A stretch of 64,000 nucleotides of DNA, taken from positions 608,001-672,000 of the forward strand of contig OZ245011.1 of NCBI GenBank assembly GCA_965223665.1. The letters run 5' to 3'. Position numbers and translations under genes: made by a program. The notes under the pieces are model-generated. The model worked only from the letters and a program-made list of their open reading frames with translations, made no database searches and was not told where the DNA came from. Of this stretch, positions 39,250 to 48,850 are shown in pieces. The stretch comes from Nitrospinaceae bacterium. Lineage in GTDB: Bacteria > Nitrospinota > Nitrospinia > Nitrospinales > Nitrospinaceae. Each line of letters opens with the position of its first letter. Position 1 is the first letter of the stretch.

Positions 39250-39501
39250 ATGATTATTGGAGGTATGTCGCGTCGTGAAATTGAGGCATTGCGAAAGCAA
39301 CAAGCTCAAAAGAAAACTATACGTTCACGAAAAAAACGGTCCACAATATTATCAGATAAAACGATGAAACAAGTTATTAAAAAATTCGACGAAGATCATG
39401 ATCCTCAATCCCGAGTTCGAGAGGATGTTAACATCGATGAACATGTCAAAATGAATGATGTTTATTTACGTTCTGGCTGGTATGTTCCGAAAAAAAAATA
39501 G
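39250..39501 (+). CDS. Small basic hypothetical protein
   Basis: 83-aa ORF with SD aggag. Confidence 0.65.
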   Translation: MIIGGMSRREIEALRKQQAQKKTIRSRKKRSTILSDKTMKQVIKKFDEDHDPQSRVREDVNIDEHVKMNDVYLRSGWYVPKKK

Positions 39502-39575
39502 AATATCAGTTTGAACTTAAATAGGATCTGATTGGAATTTTCAAATAAATCCAAGAAGGCTTAATTATCCCCAAA

Positions 39576-41228
39576 TTATTTATTTTCATGCAGTTTTAAA
39601 TATTTTTTGTAAATTTCTTCTTTGATGAAAAATTCGACTAAATCATGATCTAATTCGTTTTCCTTAACTTTTTCTCTTAAAATTTGATTGACCTTTTCCA
39701 TAGGCATGGTTTTTTTGTAAGGCCGGTCACAGGCGGTTAATGCTTCAGCAATATCTGTAACAGCCATCAATTTGCCTTCAAATGGAATTTCCTCCCCTTT
39801 TAATCCCAAAGGATATCCTTGTCCATTCAGGCATTCATGATGAGCCCCGGCAAAATTTGGAATATTTTTTAATTTTTTTGTAAAGGGAATTTTACCTAAC
39901 ATATCCAAGGTAACTTGCGCATGGTTTTTCATGATTTGCCGCTCAGCTTCCGTAATACTACCTTTAGGAATAGATAGGTTCTCTAATTCATCATCCGTTA
40001 AAAAAGGATGTAAATTTCCATCAATATCTTTATAAGTCATTTTTGAGATTTCTTTTAATCTGCAGGTAACCTGTTGATCCAAAAACTCAGAGGGTTCATT
40101 GCATTTTAATATAAAGCGGCGAATTTCTTTTAAACTCTCCAGTTGGTTTTTTTGATCTTCTATTGATTTATTAATCAATTGTGGGGATGAATTATTTTCT
40201 TTTAATTTTTGTTCAATTTGCAGACCTTCTAGCTCTTTTTGTTGAATAATATATTGCATTCTTAAATCTACTAAATGAGCTCTATCAAAAATTGTTTCTA
40301 GTTTTTTACTTTTTTCAATAATTTCCACTGGGGTGGTCACTTTTCCAATGTCATGCATCCAAGCAGCTACTCGTAATTCATTAAATTTTTCAGGGGAAAA
40401 ACTAATATTTTTAAAAGGTTCTTCGTTGGATTCATGAATTGATTGAGCCATAACCAAAGTTAAATTTGCTACTCTCCGGATATGTCCTCCTGTTATAGGA
40501 GATTTTTCATCAATTGCAGTGGCCATTACTTCGGCGAAAGACTCAAACAAATTCTCCATATCAGTAATTAACTTAGCATTGGTTATTGCAATAGCGGCTT
40601 GGGATGCCAAAGATTCGGTAAGATGTTCAAAATCCGGAGAAAATGAAATTACTTCACCCGTATTAGGGTTTTTAGCATTAACAAGTTGAAGAACACCAAT
40701 TATATCGTTTTCATGGTTACGCATTGGAATGACAAGCATTGATTTTGATCTATAACCATTTGACTCATCAAATTGTTTGGGACCTGTAAAGTCAAATAAA
40801 TCTGTATCATAAACATCAGGAATGTTTACCGGGATACCTTTCAAAGCAACAAATGCCGAAACATTAGTTTCTTTCATTTCCAAAGGAGAAAAGGGAATGG
40901 ACTGGCCACTACGTCCTCCCATCCTAATGTTCATTGAATCGCTTTGGACAATTTTAAAGTGCAGGGCATTGTCTTCAATTATATATAAAGTGCATGAATC
41001 GGCATGAGTGAATTTTCTAGCATGATCGCAAATCATTTCCAGGAGGGCGTTTATATCATGTTCGCAGGATAAAGCGCGGCCGATATCAGAAAGTTTGCTG
41101 ATTTGTAACATGAGATGGTCCGAGTAATTTTTTACTCCACTGACCACTTCATTAAGGAGTTTGTTTAATTTTTCATCGTTTGTCGTGAGTTTCTTTTGGG
41201 ATTCTATTTTGTCGTTGAATCGGTCCAT
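39576..41228 (-). CDS. GAF + HD-GYP phosphodiesterase
   Basis: GAF (KSMLVIPM...GVLQLVN); HDIGK, HHECLNGQGYP, DIAEALT..RPYK. Confidence 0.92.
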   Translation of the reverse strand: MDRFNDKIESQKKLTTNDEKLNKLLNEVVSGVKNYSDHLMLQISKLSDIGRALSCEHDINALLEMICDHARKFTHADSCTLYIIEDNALHFKIVQSDSMNIRMGGRSGQSIPFSPLEMKETNVSAFVALKGIPVNIPDVYDTDLFDFTGPKQFDESNGYRSKSMLVIPMRNHENDIIGVLQLVNAKNPNTGEVISFSPDFEHLTESLASQAAIAITNAKLITDMENLFESFAEVMATAIDEKSPITGGHIRRVANLTLVMAQSIHESNEEPFKNISFSPEKFNELRVAAWMHDIGKVTTPVEIIEKSKKLETIFDRAHLVDLRMQYIIQQKELEGLQIEQKLKENNSSPQLINKSIEDQKNQLESLKEIRRFILKCNEPSEFLDQQVTCRLKEISKMTYKDIDGNLHPFLTDDELENLSIPKGSITEAERQIMKNHAQVTLDMLGKIPFTKKLKNIPNFAGAHHECLNGQGYPLGLKGEEIPFEGKLMAVTDIAEALTACDRPYKKTMPMEKVNQILREKVKENELDHDLVEFFIKEEIYKKYLKLHENK

Positions 41229-41336
41229 TGCTTTAATTTCCAGTCACCGATGAAATGTTGAAATGGTGTATTATCTGGCAAATTTTTAATAAAAGCAATT
41301 CACAGATTAAGGAATGCAAAAAATAATAGATTTAGA

Positions 41337-42140
41337 TCATATATATTCTTCTAATAATTGAGGCTCCTCAGTGAGCCATATTTTATTTCCACAGACATTG
41401 ACAAAAACCGCCGATTCGGACTTAAATATTTCTAAATGAGCTTGTATTAAATTTTCAGGTTTGGTGGGGCTATCCCCATAAAGCTCTCTTTCTTCGTCCA
41501 TTATCCCATTCATGTAGTTTTCAACACCATCTTTACTGCTTACACCCTCAAAGTAAGAGCGAATCAGGGGATCCTGAAAATTTTCCAATTTTTTCGCAGA
41601 TTTTCTAAGGAGAAGCTTAATACCTCTGGAGGAAAAAGATTCAAATAGCCCTGCACGAATACAAACTCTCCTGGATTTTCCTTTTTCGACGGTCCATTTT
41701 TCTATTGCTTCTTTTGAATACCCCATTGCACCATAACTCCCCAATTGATGGCGTGTTACATAAAAAGTAGAGTAGGTAACAATTGTATTTATATTTAAGG
41801 CTTTTTCTAAAGCCACAATTGGATCAAAAGACAGTTTGTTGGAAGAAGCAATTTGTTCAGGTGTGGTCTCATTAATGGCAAATCCAACATCTCCCAAGGC
41901 AGTAGCGTAAAACATATAATCATAAGTACCGTCGCCAATGGATTTTAATTGCTCAATACAATTGGAATCAGAAATATCACCAAATGCAGTAATATTGGCA
42001 TCATCTATTGTAAAGTCAGGATTTTCTTTGCCATACCAATTGGCAACAATATTAGCATCACTGCCGAAATGATTTCGAATAGCTTTGATAGCGGCAGTGC
42101 CCATCACTCCTGACCCTCCGATCACTAAAAAATTTCCCAT
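41337..42140 (-). CDS. Rossmann-fold (SDR-like) oxidoreductase, possible divergent enoyl reductase
   Basis: VIGGSGVMG; YGAMGYSK (Y-x6-K). Confidence 0.6.
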   Translation of the reverse strand: MGNFLVIGGSGVMGTAAIKAIRNHFGSDANIVANWYGKENPDFTIDDANITAFGDISDSNCIEQLKSIGDGTYDYMFYATALGDVGFAINETTPEQIASSNKLSFDPIVALEKALNINTIVTYSTFYVTRHQLGSYGAMGYSKEAIEKWTVEKGKSRRVCIRAGLFESFSSRGIKLLLRKSAKKLENFQDPLIRSYFEGVSSKDGVENYMNGIMDEERELYGDSPTKPENLIQAHLEIFKSESAVFVNVCGNKIWLTEEPQLLEEYI

Positions 42141-42189
42141 AGTTAGCTCCCCTTGTCTTATCTATGTTCCCAAATGGTTACTTAAAAAT

Positions 42190-42861
42190 TTACGATCCGC
42201 CATAATTTTCATCTATATCCCAATAAGGGACTTTTGAATTTTCTTCTAATGCTAAAGAAATATTTCCATCACTTTTTGCAAAGGCATTAATTTCTTGAGT
42301 TAACTGTTCAGTTGCTTTTATTTGTAATTTATTGGGAGATTTATTAACCTGCTTGGCTAAAGAATTGTAATGTTTTATTATTCCAGAGGCTTGGTCAATT
42401 GATCGGTTAATAGATTCAGGATTTAAAGCTCGGAACTGAATTGACCTCGCAAATTCAATATATTCTAACCATATATCAATTTCTTCTTTGGTTTTTCCTA
42501 GAATTAAATGTTCTTTTTTGAATTCATCCTTGTCTATAACTTCTAACCGTTCAGAAACATAACTGGCTAACTCATCAAAAGGAACTCCCTGGATGGTTTG
42601 ACAAAGATAATTAAAGTTCCAAATTAACATATTAATTTTTTGGTCTAATTGAAGAGCTTTAAGGGATTCTCCTCTTAATGTGGGTGACTTTTCAAACAAA
42701 GACCACAATCCCCCCACATCTCCAACTTCTTTTTTAGCTTTATCGAGTGGTAAAAGGTATTTTAGACAAGCTTTAGTTTCAGCATTAGGAAAAACATTTT
42801 GAGGAAAAAGAAAAATACATAAAAGAAAAGTTATAATTGTGCCTTTTAATATTTTATTAAT
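42190..42861 (-). CDS. Hypothetical secreted protein, probable ATT start
   Basis: Frame open 48 codons upstream of GTG 42717 and encodes a signal-like peptide; SD AAGGAG 8 nt before ATT at 42861. Confidence 0.6.
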   Translation of the reverse strand: MNKILKGTIITFLLCIFLFPQNVFPNAETKACLKYLLPLDKAKKEVGDVGGLWSLFEKSPTLRGESLKALQLDQKINMLIWNFNYLCQTIQGVPFDELASYVSERLEVIDKDEFKKEHLILGKTKEEIDIWLEYIEFARSIQFRALNPESINRSIDQASGIIKHYNSLAKQVNKSPNKLQIKATEQLTQEINAFAKSDGNISLALEENSKVPYWDIDENYGGS

Positions 42862-42958
42862 AGAAAGCTCTCCTTACTTAGCAAATTATTATTGGGAAAC
42901 CACTTTATAATGGCTAATATTTGAAGTCAATGTCCATTTTGAAAGGAATTATTCGTAT

Positions 42959-43375
42959 TTATTTCAACTGAGTTTGACCTAATTTTAAAATTGTCTGAAA
43001 TTCTTTTTTGGTAATAGGCATAACCGATAGTCTTGATTGTTTTATCAGTGCGACATCTTTTAAAGTATCCGTTGATTTAATAATTTCCAATGTGACAGGT
43101 TGTTGCATTGCTTGGATCGGTTTTAAGTCAACCACCACCCAGGCTGGATCGTCTGTAGTAGGATCCTGATAAAATTCTTTTGTTACCTTGGCAATTCCTT
43201 TAATTTCTTTTTCATTGACACTATGGTAAAAGAAAACAAGATCCCCTTTTTTCATGGCTTTCAAATTATTTCTAGCTTGATAATTTCTTACCCCGTCCCA
43301 GTAAGTTTCTTTATCTTTTATAAAATCATTCCAGCTGTATTTAGATGGTTCTTGTTTTACTAACCAATAATTCAT
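42959..43375 (-). CDS. EVE domain protein
   Basis: YWLVKQEP, WDGVRNYQARN, FFYHS, RLSVMP. Confidence 0.95.
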   Translation of the reverse strand: MNYWLVKQEPSKYSWNDFIKDKETYWDGVRNYQARNNLKAMKKGDLVFFYHSVNEKEIKGIAKVTKEFYQDPTTDDPAWVVVDLKPIQAMQQPVTLEIIKSTDTLKDVALIKQSRLSVMPITKKEFQTILKLGQTQLK

Positions 43376-43558
43376 CTTTTACTCCAAAATTTTTCAAAGT
43401 GGTATTTTATATAAATTAATTAGTAAAGTCTTTATCTTAATCATATAGATGGGGTCGGTCTGTAGTAAAAATTTCAATTTTTTAGATGGATTAAATATCA
43501 AAATTTTATTGGGATTGAGCTTGTGCCACCAAATGCGTTAACAAACATTGAATATAAG

Positions 43559-43586
43559 TTGTTAATGTTCCTAAAGTGTATATAAT
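43559..43586 (+). promoter_or_regulatory. Putative sigma70 promoter for the DEAD-box helicase
   Basis: TTGTTA-16 nt-TATAAT. Confidence 0.45.
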
Positions 43587-43817
43587 GTATCTATAATTAG
43601 GTGGTTGTAGCCGTCAAGAGAATTACTGGTGTCAAACCAGGGAATACTTTCCATTTTTTGGTTGAGAAACGTCCGACCCGATTTAGTCAAGATTTCTCCC
43701 CCCATTTTTCTCAGAATTGCAATATTTCTTAACCTTACTAGAAATCAATCACATCTTGTCAACAGAAGCATTTTTTCATGATAACTATGAAATAGCTTCT
43801 TTTATTATGGAAAAATC

Positions 43818-45164
43818 ATGTTAACTCAATCTTCATCAAACTCTTCCAGGAGTGGATTTGACTCACTCAAACTTATTAGTCCCATTTGTAAAGCGGTTCG
43901 AGAAGAACACTATACACAGCCTACGCCTATTCAAATTAAAGCTATACCGCATTTGTTGGAAGGTCGTGACCTTTTAGGATGTGCTCAGACAGGTACAGGT
44001 AAAACTGCGGCCTTTGCACTACCAATTTTGCAACAATTGGTAAAACGGAATCAGATAACAGGGAAAAAGCAAGCGCGAACTTTAATCCTTACACCAACTC
44101 GGGAATTGGCTTTGCAGATTGATGAAAGTTTTAGAACCTATGGTCGATATTTAAATCTTAATCAAACAGTAATATATGGGGGCGTGAGGCCTAAAAAACA
44201 AATTCGAGAATTATTTAATGGAGTTGATATTCTTGTAGCCACCCCTGGTAGGTTGCTTGATTTAATAAACCAAAAACACCTTTATATAAATAAAGTTAAT
44301 ATGCTGGTATTTGATGAGGCCGACAGAATGTTAGATATGGGCTTTTTACCAGACATAAAAAAAATTACTAGCATGGTTCCGGCTAACAGACAAACCATTT
44401 TGTTTTCAGCAACCCTTCCGGATGAAATTCTTTCTTTAACACAAAAGTTCCTTGTTAATCCCGTTCAAGTATGTGTTTCGCCTCCATCAAGTACGGTAGA
44501 AAAAATCAAACAACGCGTATTATTTGTTAAGCGAGAGAACAAGAGCGCTTTATTGGAAACCTTATTAGAAAATGAAAATATTGAACGGGCTCTTGTATTC
44601 ACACGAACTAAACATGGGGCCAACCGTGTGGCGAAAAGATTAATTAAAAACCAAATTAGAACAGAGGCGTTTCACGGAGACAAATCACAATCGGCTCGTA
44701 TTCAAGCTTTGAAAAAATTTCGATCTGGACATGCAAGGGTTTTGGTAGCAACAGATGTGGCCTCACGAGGACTCGATGTCGATGGAATTACTCATGTAAT
44801 TAATTTTGAATTACCTGAGGAAGCAGAAAACTATATTCATCGAATTGGTCGAACGGCCAGGGCAGGGGCTGAGGGAATAGCACTTTCATTTTGCGATGCG
44901 GGGGAAAGAGGTTATTTGCGAAAAATTGAAAAAACTATTCAATGCGATGTTTCCGTTGAGGAGGATCACCCTTATCATTGTAGAATTATTGCTTCGAAGA
45001 GTAGTAAACCGAAGGTTGGAAATCGGATAAAAAAGAATTCCAAGAAAATAAGAACCAATGGCCAAGAAATGAACTCCCCAAGGCGTAAATCCTTAAAAAA
45101 TAGAACTTCAAAACCCTTCAAAATATTCAAGAAATTTAAGAAACATAAAGCTTTGGCCGGTTAA
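43818..45164 (+). CDS. DEAD-box RNA helicase (RhlE-like)
   Basis: AQTGTGKT, PTRELA, DEAD, SAT, HRIGRTAR; basic C-terminal tail. Confidence 0.96.
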   Translation: MLTQSSSNSSRSGFDSLKLISPICKAVREEHYTQPTPIQIKAIPHLLEGRDLLGCAQTGTGKTAAFALPILQQLVKRNQITGKKQARTLILTPTRELALQIDESFRTYGRYLNLNQTVIYGGVRPKKQIRELFNGVDILVATPGRLLDLINQKHLYINKVNMLVFDEADRMLDMGFLPDIKKITSMVPANRQTILFSATLPDEILSLTQKFLVNPVQVCVSPPSSTVEKIKQRVLFVKRENKSALLETLLENENIERALVFTRTKHGANRVAKRLIKNQIRTEAFHGDKSQSARIQALKKFRSGHARVLVATDVASRGLDVDGITHVINFELPEEAENYIHRIGRTARAGAEGIALSFCDAGERGYLRKIEKTIQCDVSVEEDHPYHCRIIASKSSKPKVGNRIKKNSKKIRTNGQEMNSPRRKSLKNRTSKPFKIFKKFKKHKALAG

Positions 45165-45248
45165 GGTCCCTAAAAGGTTAACGTTGCTAATTCATGGCTA
45201 AAATGGCTTTATAAATCCATTTTCCGGATAATATTTTTCAAATTCCCA

Positions 45249-45277
45249 TTGACTGTAACGTAATTGCTCAATATAAT
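45249..45277 (+). promoter_or_regulatory. Sigma70 promoter
   Basis: TTGACT-17 nt-TATAAT. Confidence 0.65.
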
Positions 45278-45353
45278 CTGCAAAATCAATAAAAATATAG
45301 GTTTATGCCAAACACCGCACATGCGGTGACAAAATTTAATATAAAGGTGAAGT

Positions 45354-46304
45354 ATGTTTCGTCCGGAGATAAAAGTATTAGATTGTACCATCCGCGATGG
45401 CGGGTTAATGAATAAGCACCAATTCACCCCAGAAGTAGTTAGAGGGGTATATAAGGCATGTAATGATGCTGGAGTCGATTATATTGAACTGGGATACAAA
45501 GCTGATGACTCACAGTTCAGTCGGGATGAATTTGGTCCAATGAAGTTTTGCTCGGAAGAGGATATCGGGGCTGTAATTAATGGAATTGAAAAGAAAAGTA
45601 AGCTTTCCGTAATGGTGGATATTGGCAGAGTGGATCCGAGTTCAATTGTTCCAAAAAGTGAAAGTCATGTCGATATGATGCGCGTAGCGTCTTATGTAAA
45701 AGATATTGATAAGGCAATTGATTTGGTAAATCAATTACATGCTAAAGGATATGAGACCACAATTAATATCATGGCGGTTTCTCATGCCAGGGAGCGGGAA
45801 CTCGACGAGGCACTTGAACAGGTTGAAAAGGAAAGCCAGGCCGACGTGATTTATCTGGTAGATAGTTTTGGAGCCTTATATTCCGAACAAATTGCTTATT
45901 TGGCTAAAAAATATAAACAAGCGATGCCAAGCAAAGAAATAGGGATTCACGCACATAATAATCAGCAGCTTGCTTTTGCTAATACAATAGAAAGCATAAT
46001 TAATAGAATTAATTATTTAGATGGAACTATCTATGGTATTGGCCGTGCAGCTGGAAATTGTCCCTTAGAGTTGCTTTTAGGATTTTTGAAAAATCCAAAG
46101 TATGACCTTCGTCCAATTTTAGATATTATCGGCAAAGAATTTTTAAAAATTCGAGACCAAATTGAATGGGGATATTATATTCCTTATATGATCACCGGAG
46201 TTTTAGATTTACATCCGCGTGCAGGTATGGCGCTATTAAACTCTGAAGATCGAGACGGCTTTCTTGATTTTTATGAAAAATTAACTAACGAAGCTAACGT
46301 CTAA
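45354..46304 (+). CDS. HMGL-like (DRE-TIM) aldolase, 4-hydroxy-2-oxovalerate aldolase-related
   Basis: LDCTIRDGG, VDSFG, HAHNN, GIGRAAGN. Confidence 0.85.
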   Translation: MFRPEIKVLDCTIRDGGLMNKHQFTPEVVRGVYKACNDAGVDYIELGYKADDSQFSRDEFGPMKFCSEEDIGAVINGIEKKSKLSVMVDIGRVDPSSIVPKSESHVDMMRVASYVKDIDKAIDLVNQLHAKGYETTINIMAVSHARERELDEALEQVEKESQADVIYLVDSFGALYSEQIAYLAKKYKQAMPSKEIGIHAHNNQQLAFANTIESIINRINYLDGTIYGIGRAAGNCPLELLLGFLKNPKYDLRPILDIIGKEFLKIRDQIEWGYYIPYMITGVLDLHPRAGMALLNSEDRDGFLDFYEKLTNEANV

Positions 46305-46305
46305 A

Positions 46306-46968
46306 TTGGAACTGCCATTCTCTAATTTTGATTCTACTCAATTTGAAAAATTACCCGTACTGGGAATTATTCGAGGAATTAAAAGGGATGCTTTAAAAGG
46401 AGTCCTAAACTCTGCCCTAGAGTCAGGGTTAAAGCATTTAGAAATTACCTTAAATACCCGGAATTCGTTCGAATTAATTTCGGAAGCGGTTAATTTGTTT
46501 GACGACACCCTTTGCGTAGGGGCGGGTACAGTAATTACTAAGAAAGAAGCGGAGTTAGCTGTTTCAGCGGGAGCAAAATTTTTAGTAAGTCCTACTTTAA
46601 ATAATGAGGTTGCTTCTTACTGTAAACAAAATAATATTTCTTATTTTCCCGGTGCCTTAACACCTACAGAGATTGAAGCAGCCTGGAATTCAGGGGCTCA
46701 AATGGTCAAAGTGTTTCCTGCAACTGCAATGGGTCCAAAATATTTTAAAGAAATTAAAGGACCGTTTTCCAACATCAAATTAATGGCTGTAGGGGGGGTA
46801 AAAAAGGAAAATATTGCAGATTATTTTAAATCTGGAGCATCGGCTGTTGCAGTAGGAGGTTCTATTTTTAGTGTAGAACGAATGAATAATGAAGGATTTT
46901 CTTCCATAAAAGAAGATTTAAGTGAAATTTTATTTGCAGTTAAAGATTTTTTGAATACAATTAGGTGA
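46306..46968 (+). CDS. eda: KDPG/KHG aldolase
   Basis: LEIT, VGAGTV, PG.LTPTE, VKVFPA, VGGV. Confidence 0.9.
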   Translation: MELPFSNFDSTQFEKLPVLGIIRGIKRDALKGVLNSALESGLKHLEITLNTRNSFELISEAVNLFDDTLCVGAGTVITKKEAELAVSAGAKFLVSPTLNNEVASYCKQNNISYFPGALTPTEIEAAWNSGAQMVKVFPATAMGPKYFKEIKGPFSNIKLMAVGGVKKENIADYFKSGASAVAVGGSIFSVERMNNEGFSSIKEDLSEILFAVKDFLNTIR

Positions 46969-46998
46969 AATTTGTTTCTAAGTTTATCTGGGGGGAAC

Positions 46999-47265
46999 AT
47001 GAGTTCTGATTTTTTGAAAAATTTTATGAATTTTGGTGATGAAGAAAGATTTGCGCGAATTTGTGAAGGATTAGAAGAAATAATCCGTGAAGCAGAAGGA
47101 AATTCTGAAGAGAAAAAAGTATCTGATTTAGAAATTATGCAAGCACTGGATTTTGTGGGTTTTAATCTTTTTCGAGATTCTTGGGAAGATTATAAAAAAA
47201 TGGATTTCAATAAAGATTTGAGCTCATTAAATCAAAATAATAAAGAACGTCATTTAATTCATTAA
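46999..47265 (+). CDS. Small acidic hypothetical protein
   Basis: ATG at 46999 after a purine-rich SD-like run; in line with eda. Confidence 0.6.
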   Translation: MSSDFLKNFMNFGDEERFARICEGLEEIIREAEGNSEEKKVSDLEIMQALDFVGFNLFRDSWEDYKKMDFNKDLSSLNQNNKERHLIH

Positions 47266-47281
47266 TACCTCTCCTGAAAAA

Positions 47282-48850
47282 TTAAACCTCATTATTTGCA
47301 ATTTTGTCAAACTCCTCAATACGTTCCATTAGATGGTGCATCTTTTTATCAATGGTCGTAATGTGCTTTCCAATCTTTTCGATTTCTTTTTTTTCCTTAG
47401 TTAAATAAACCGTTTTACACTTTGCTAAATGAGTATTGATATGTTCAATCATGTCATGAATTTCGTGGCTTTCAATTGAAAGGTCATCAGCAGTTTCTTT
47501 TATATTTATAATTGTGTCCACCGCTTTTTCTTCAGTTAATTTTTCTTTTACTAATTTGGAACGCGCGATTTTTCTACGATACAATTCCAAAGAAATCCCT
47601 GAGAAAATAAGAAAAATTAAACCAAATGTAGCAACATCAACTAACAAATAGACATAATCACCAAAAAAACGGCCCGTATGAATTTCTGTCATTAGTTTAA
47701 CTAAATCCATAGTTTTATGAACACCGGCCTTTTCTTCAATGCTTGAAGCCAGCGATGTCTTTAACCATTTCTTCCCCTTATTCATGGAGTAAACTAAATC
47801 ACTAGAAGTCCCCAAAAATAGAAAAAGAAAATCTTTGGTGGAATCTTGAAAAGTATAGATATGATTCAATGTTTGATAATTAGAGGACTCTTTAAATAGG
47901 TTTTGCCAGCTGTCTCCTCCATTTTTTGTGAAATACAATTTATCTTTAGTAATAGCAAATAGAGACGATGGATTTTGTGGATCTGAAACAATTTTGTAAA
48001 CTGGGATATTTTTTATTGTCGCGTCTTGTTCCCAGGTAATACCACGATTGAAAGATTTATAAATACCCCTTTGGGTCGCTAAGTAAATAAATTCTGGGTC
48101 TGTATCTAATGAAAGTAGAGAATTTGGAACGGGAACAACTTTATCCCATTTTTTTTTCCAATCACCCTCATTTAAGTTTTTCTTATATACTCCATTAACA
48201 TTACCTGCAAAAATAGATTCGCCTTTAGAAGAAATTTGAATAAATTTGATTTCAGTTTCATCCTCAAGTTTTTTTTCAATAGGAGAGGGGTCCCACATCT
48301 CCCCGCCATCTTCTGAAACAAATACACCTCCTTTTGTACCGGCATAAATGATTTCAGGATCATTGGGATGAATAATTATGTCTACAATATCAATATTGCT
48401 TAATCCAGCTGATTCTTCAAACCAATCAGTCCAATGTATTCCTCCGTCTTCCGAAAGATAAATTCCTTTAGAAGTGCCTGCATAAATAACAGAAGGATTG
48501 TTAGGTGAAATCGCAATGGTTTGGATATTATTGTTTTTCAATCCATCGTGAAGTTGAATCCAGGTTCTACCTAAATCCTTTGAATGAAATAATCCTGAAT
48601 TAGTTCCTACATATATTTGCAAAGGATTGACATGGGATACAGCAATGCTTTGAACATTTAAATCATTCCTTGTCATCTTAAAATATTTTTCAGGAAGATA
48701 TTCAGCGGTCACATCGATCTTCTCCAACTCTAAAGAATCCCGATGCATTAGTAGAATTCCACTAATAGAAAGGATGAGGAAAAAAATAGCGCAGACAAAC
48801 CCTACCCATTTATGAAATATTCTAGAAGATTTGAAAAATCGAATATTCAA
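47282..48850 (-). CDS. PepSY-associated TM protein with BNR/YCF48-like beta-propeller and His-rich C-terminal domain
   Basis: R.FHKW.G...SGILL.H and EIHTGRFFG TM-His motifs; repeated S.DGG..W Asp-boxes. Confidence 0.85.
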   Translation of the reverse strand: MNIRFFKSSRIFHKWVGFVCAIFFLILSISGILLMHRDSLELEKIDVTAEYLPEKYFKMTRNDLNVQSIAVSHVNPLQIYVGTNSGLFHSKDLGRTWIQLHDGLKNNNIQTIAISPNNPSVIYAGTSKGIYLSEDGGIHWTDWFEESAGLSNIDIVDIIIHPNDPEIIYAGTKGGVFVSEDGGEMWDPSPIEKKLEDETEIKFIQISSKGESIFAGNVNGVYKKNLNEGDWKKKWDKVVPVPNSLLSLDTDPEFIYLATQRGIYKSFNRGITWEQDATIKNIPVYKIVSDPQNPSSLFAITKDKLYFTKNGGDSWQNLFKESSNYQTLNHIYTFQDSTKDFLFLFLGTSSDLVYSMNKGKKWLKTSLASSIEEKAGVHKTMDLVKLMTEIHTGRFFGDYVYLLVDVATFGLIFLIFSGISLELYRRKIARSKLVKEKLTEEKAVDTIINIKETADDLSIESHEIHDMIEHINTHLAKCKTVYLTKEKKEIEKIGKHITTIDKKMHHLMERIEEFDKIANNEV

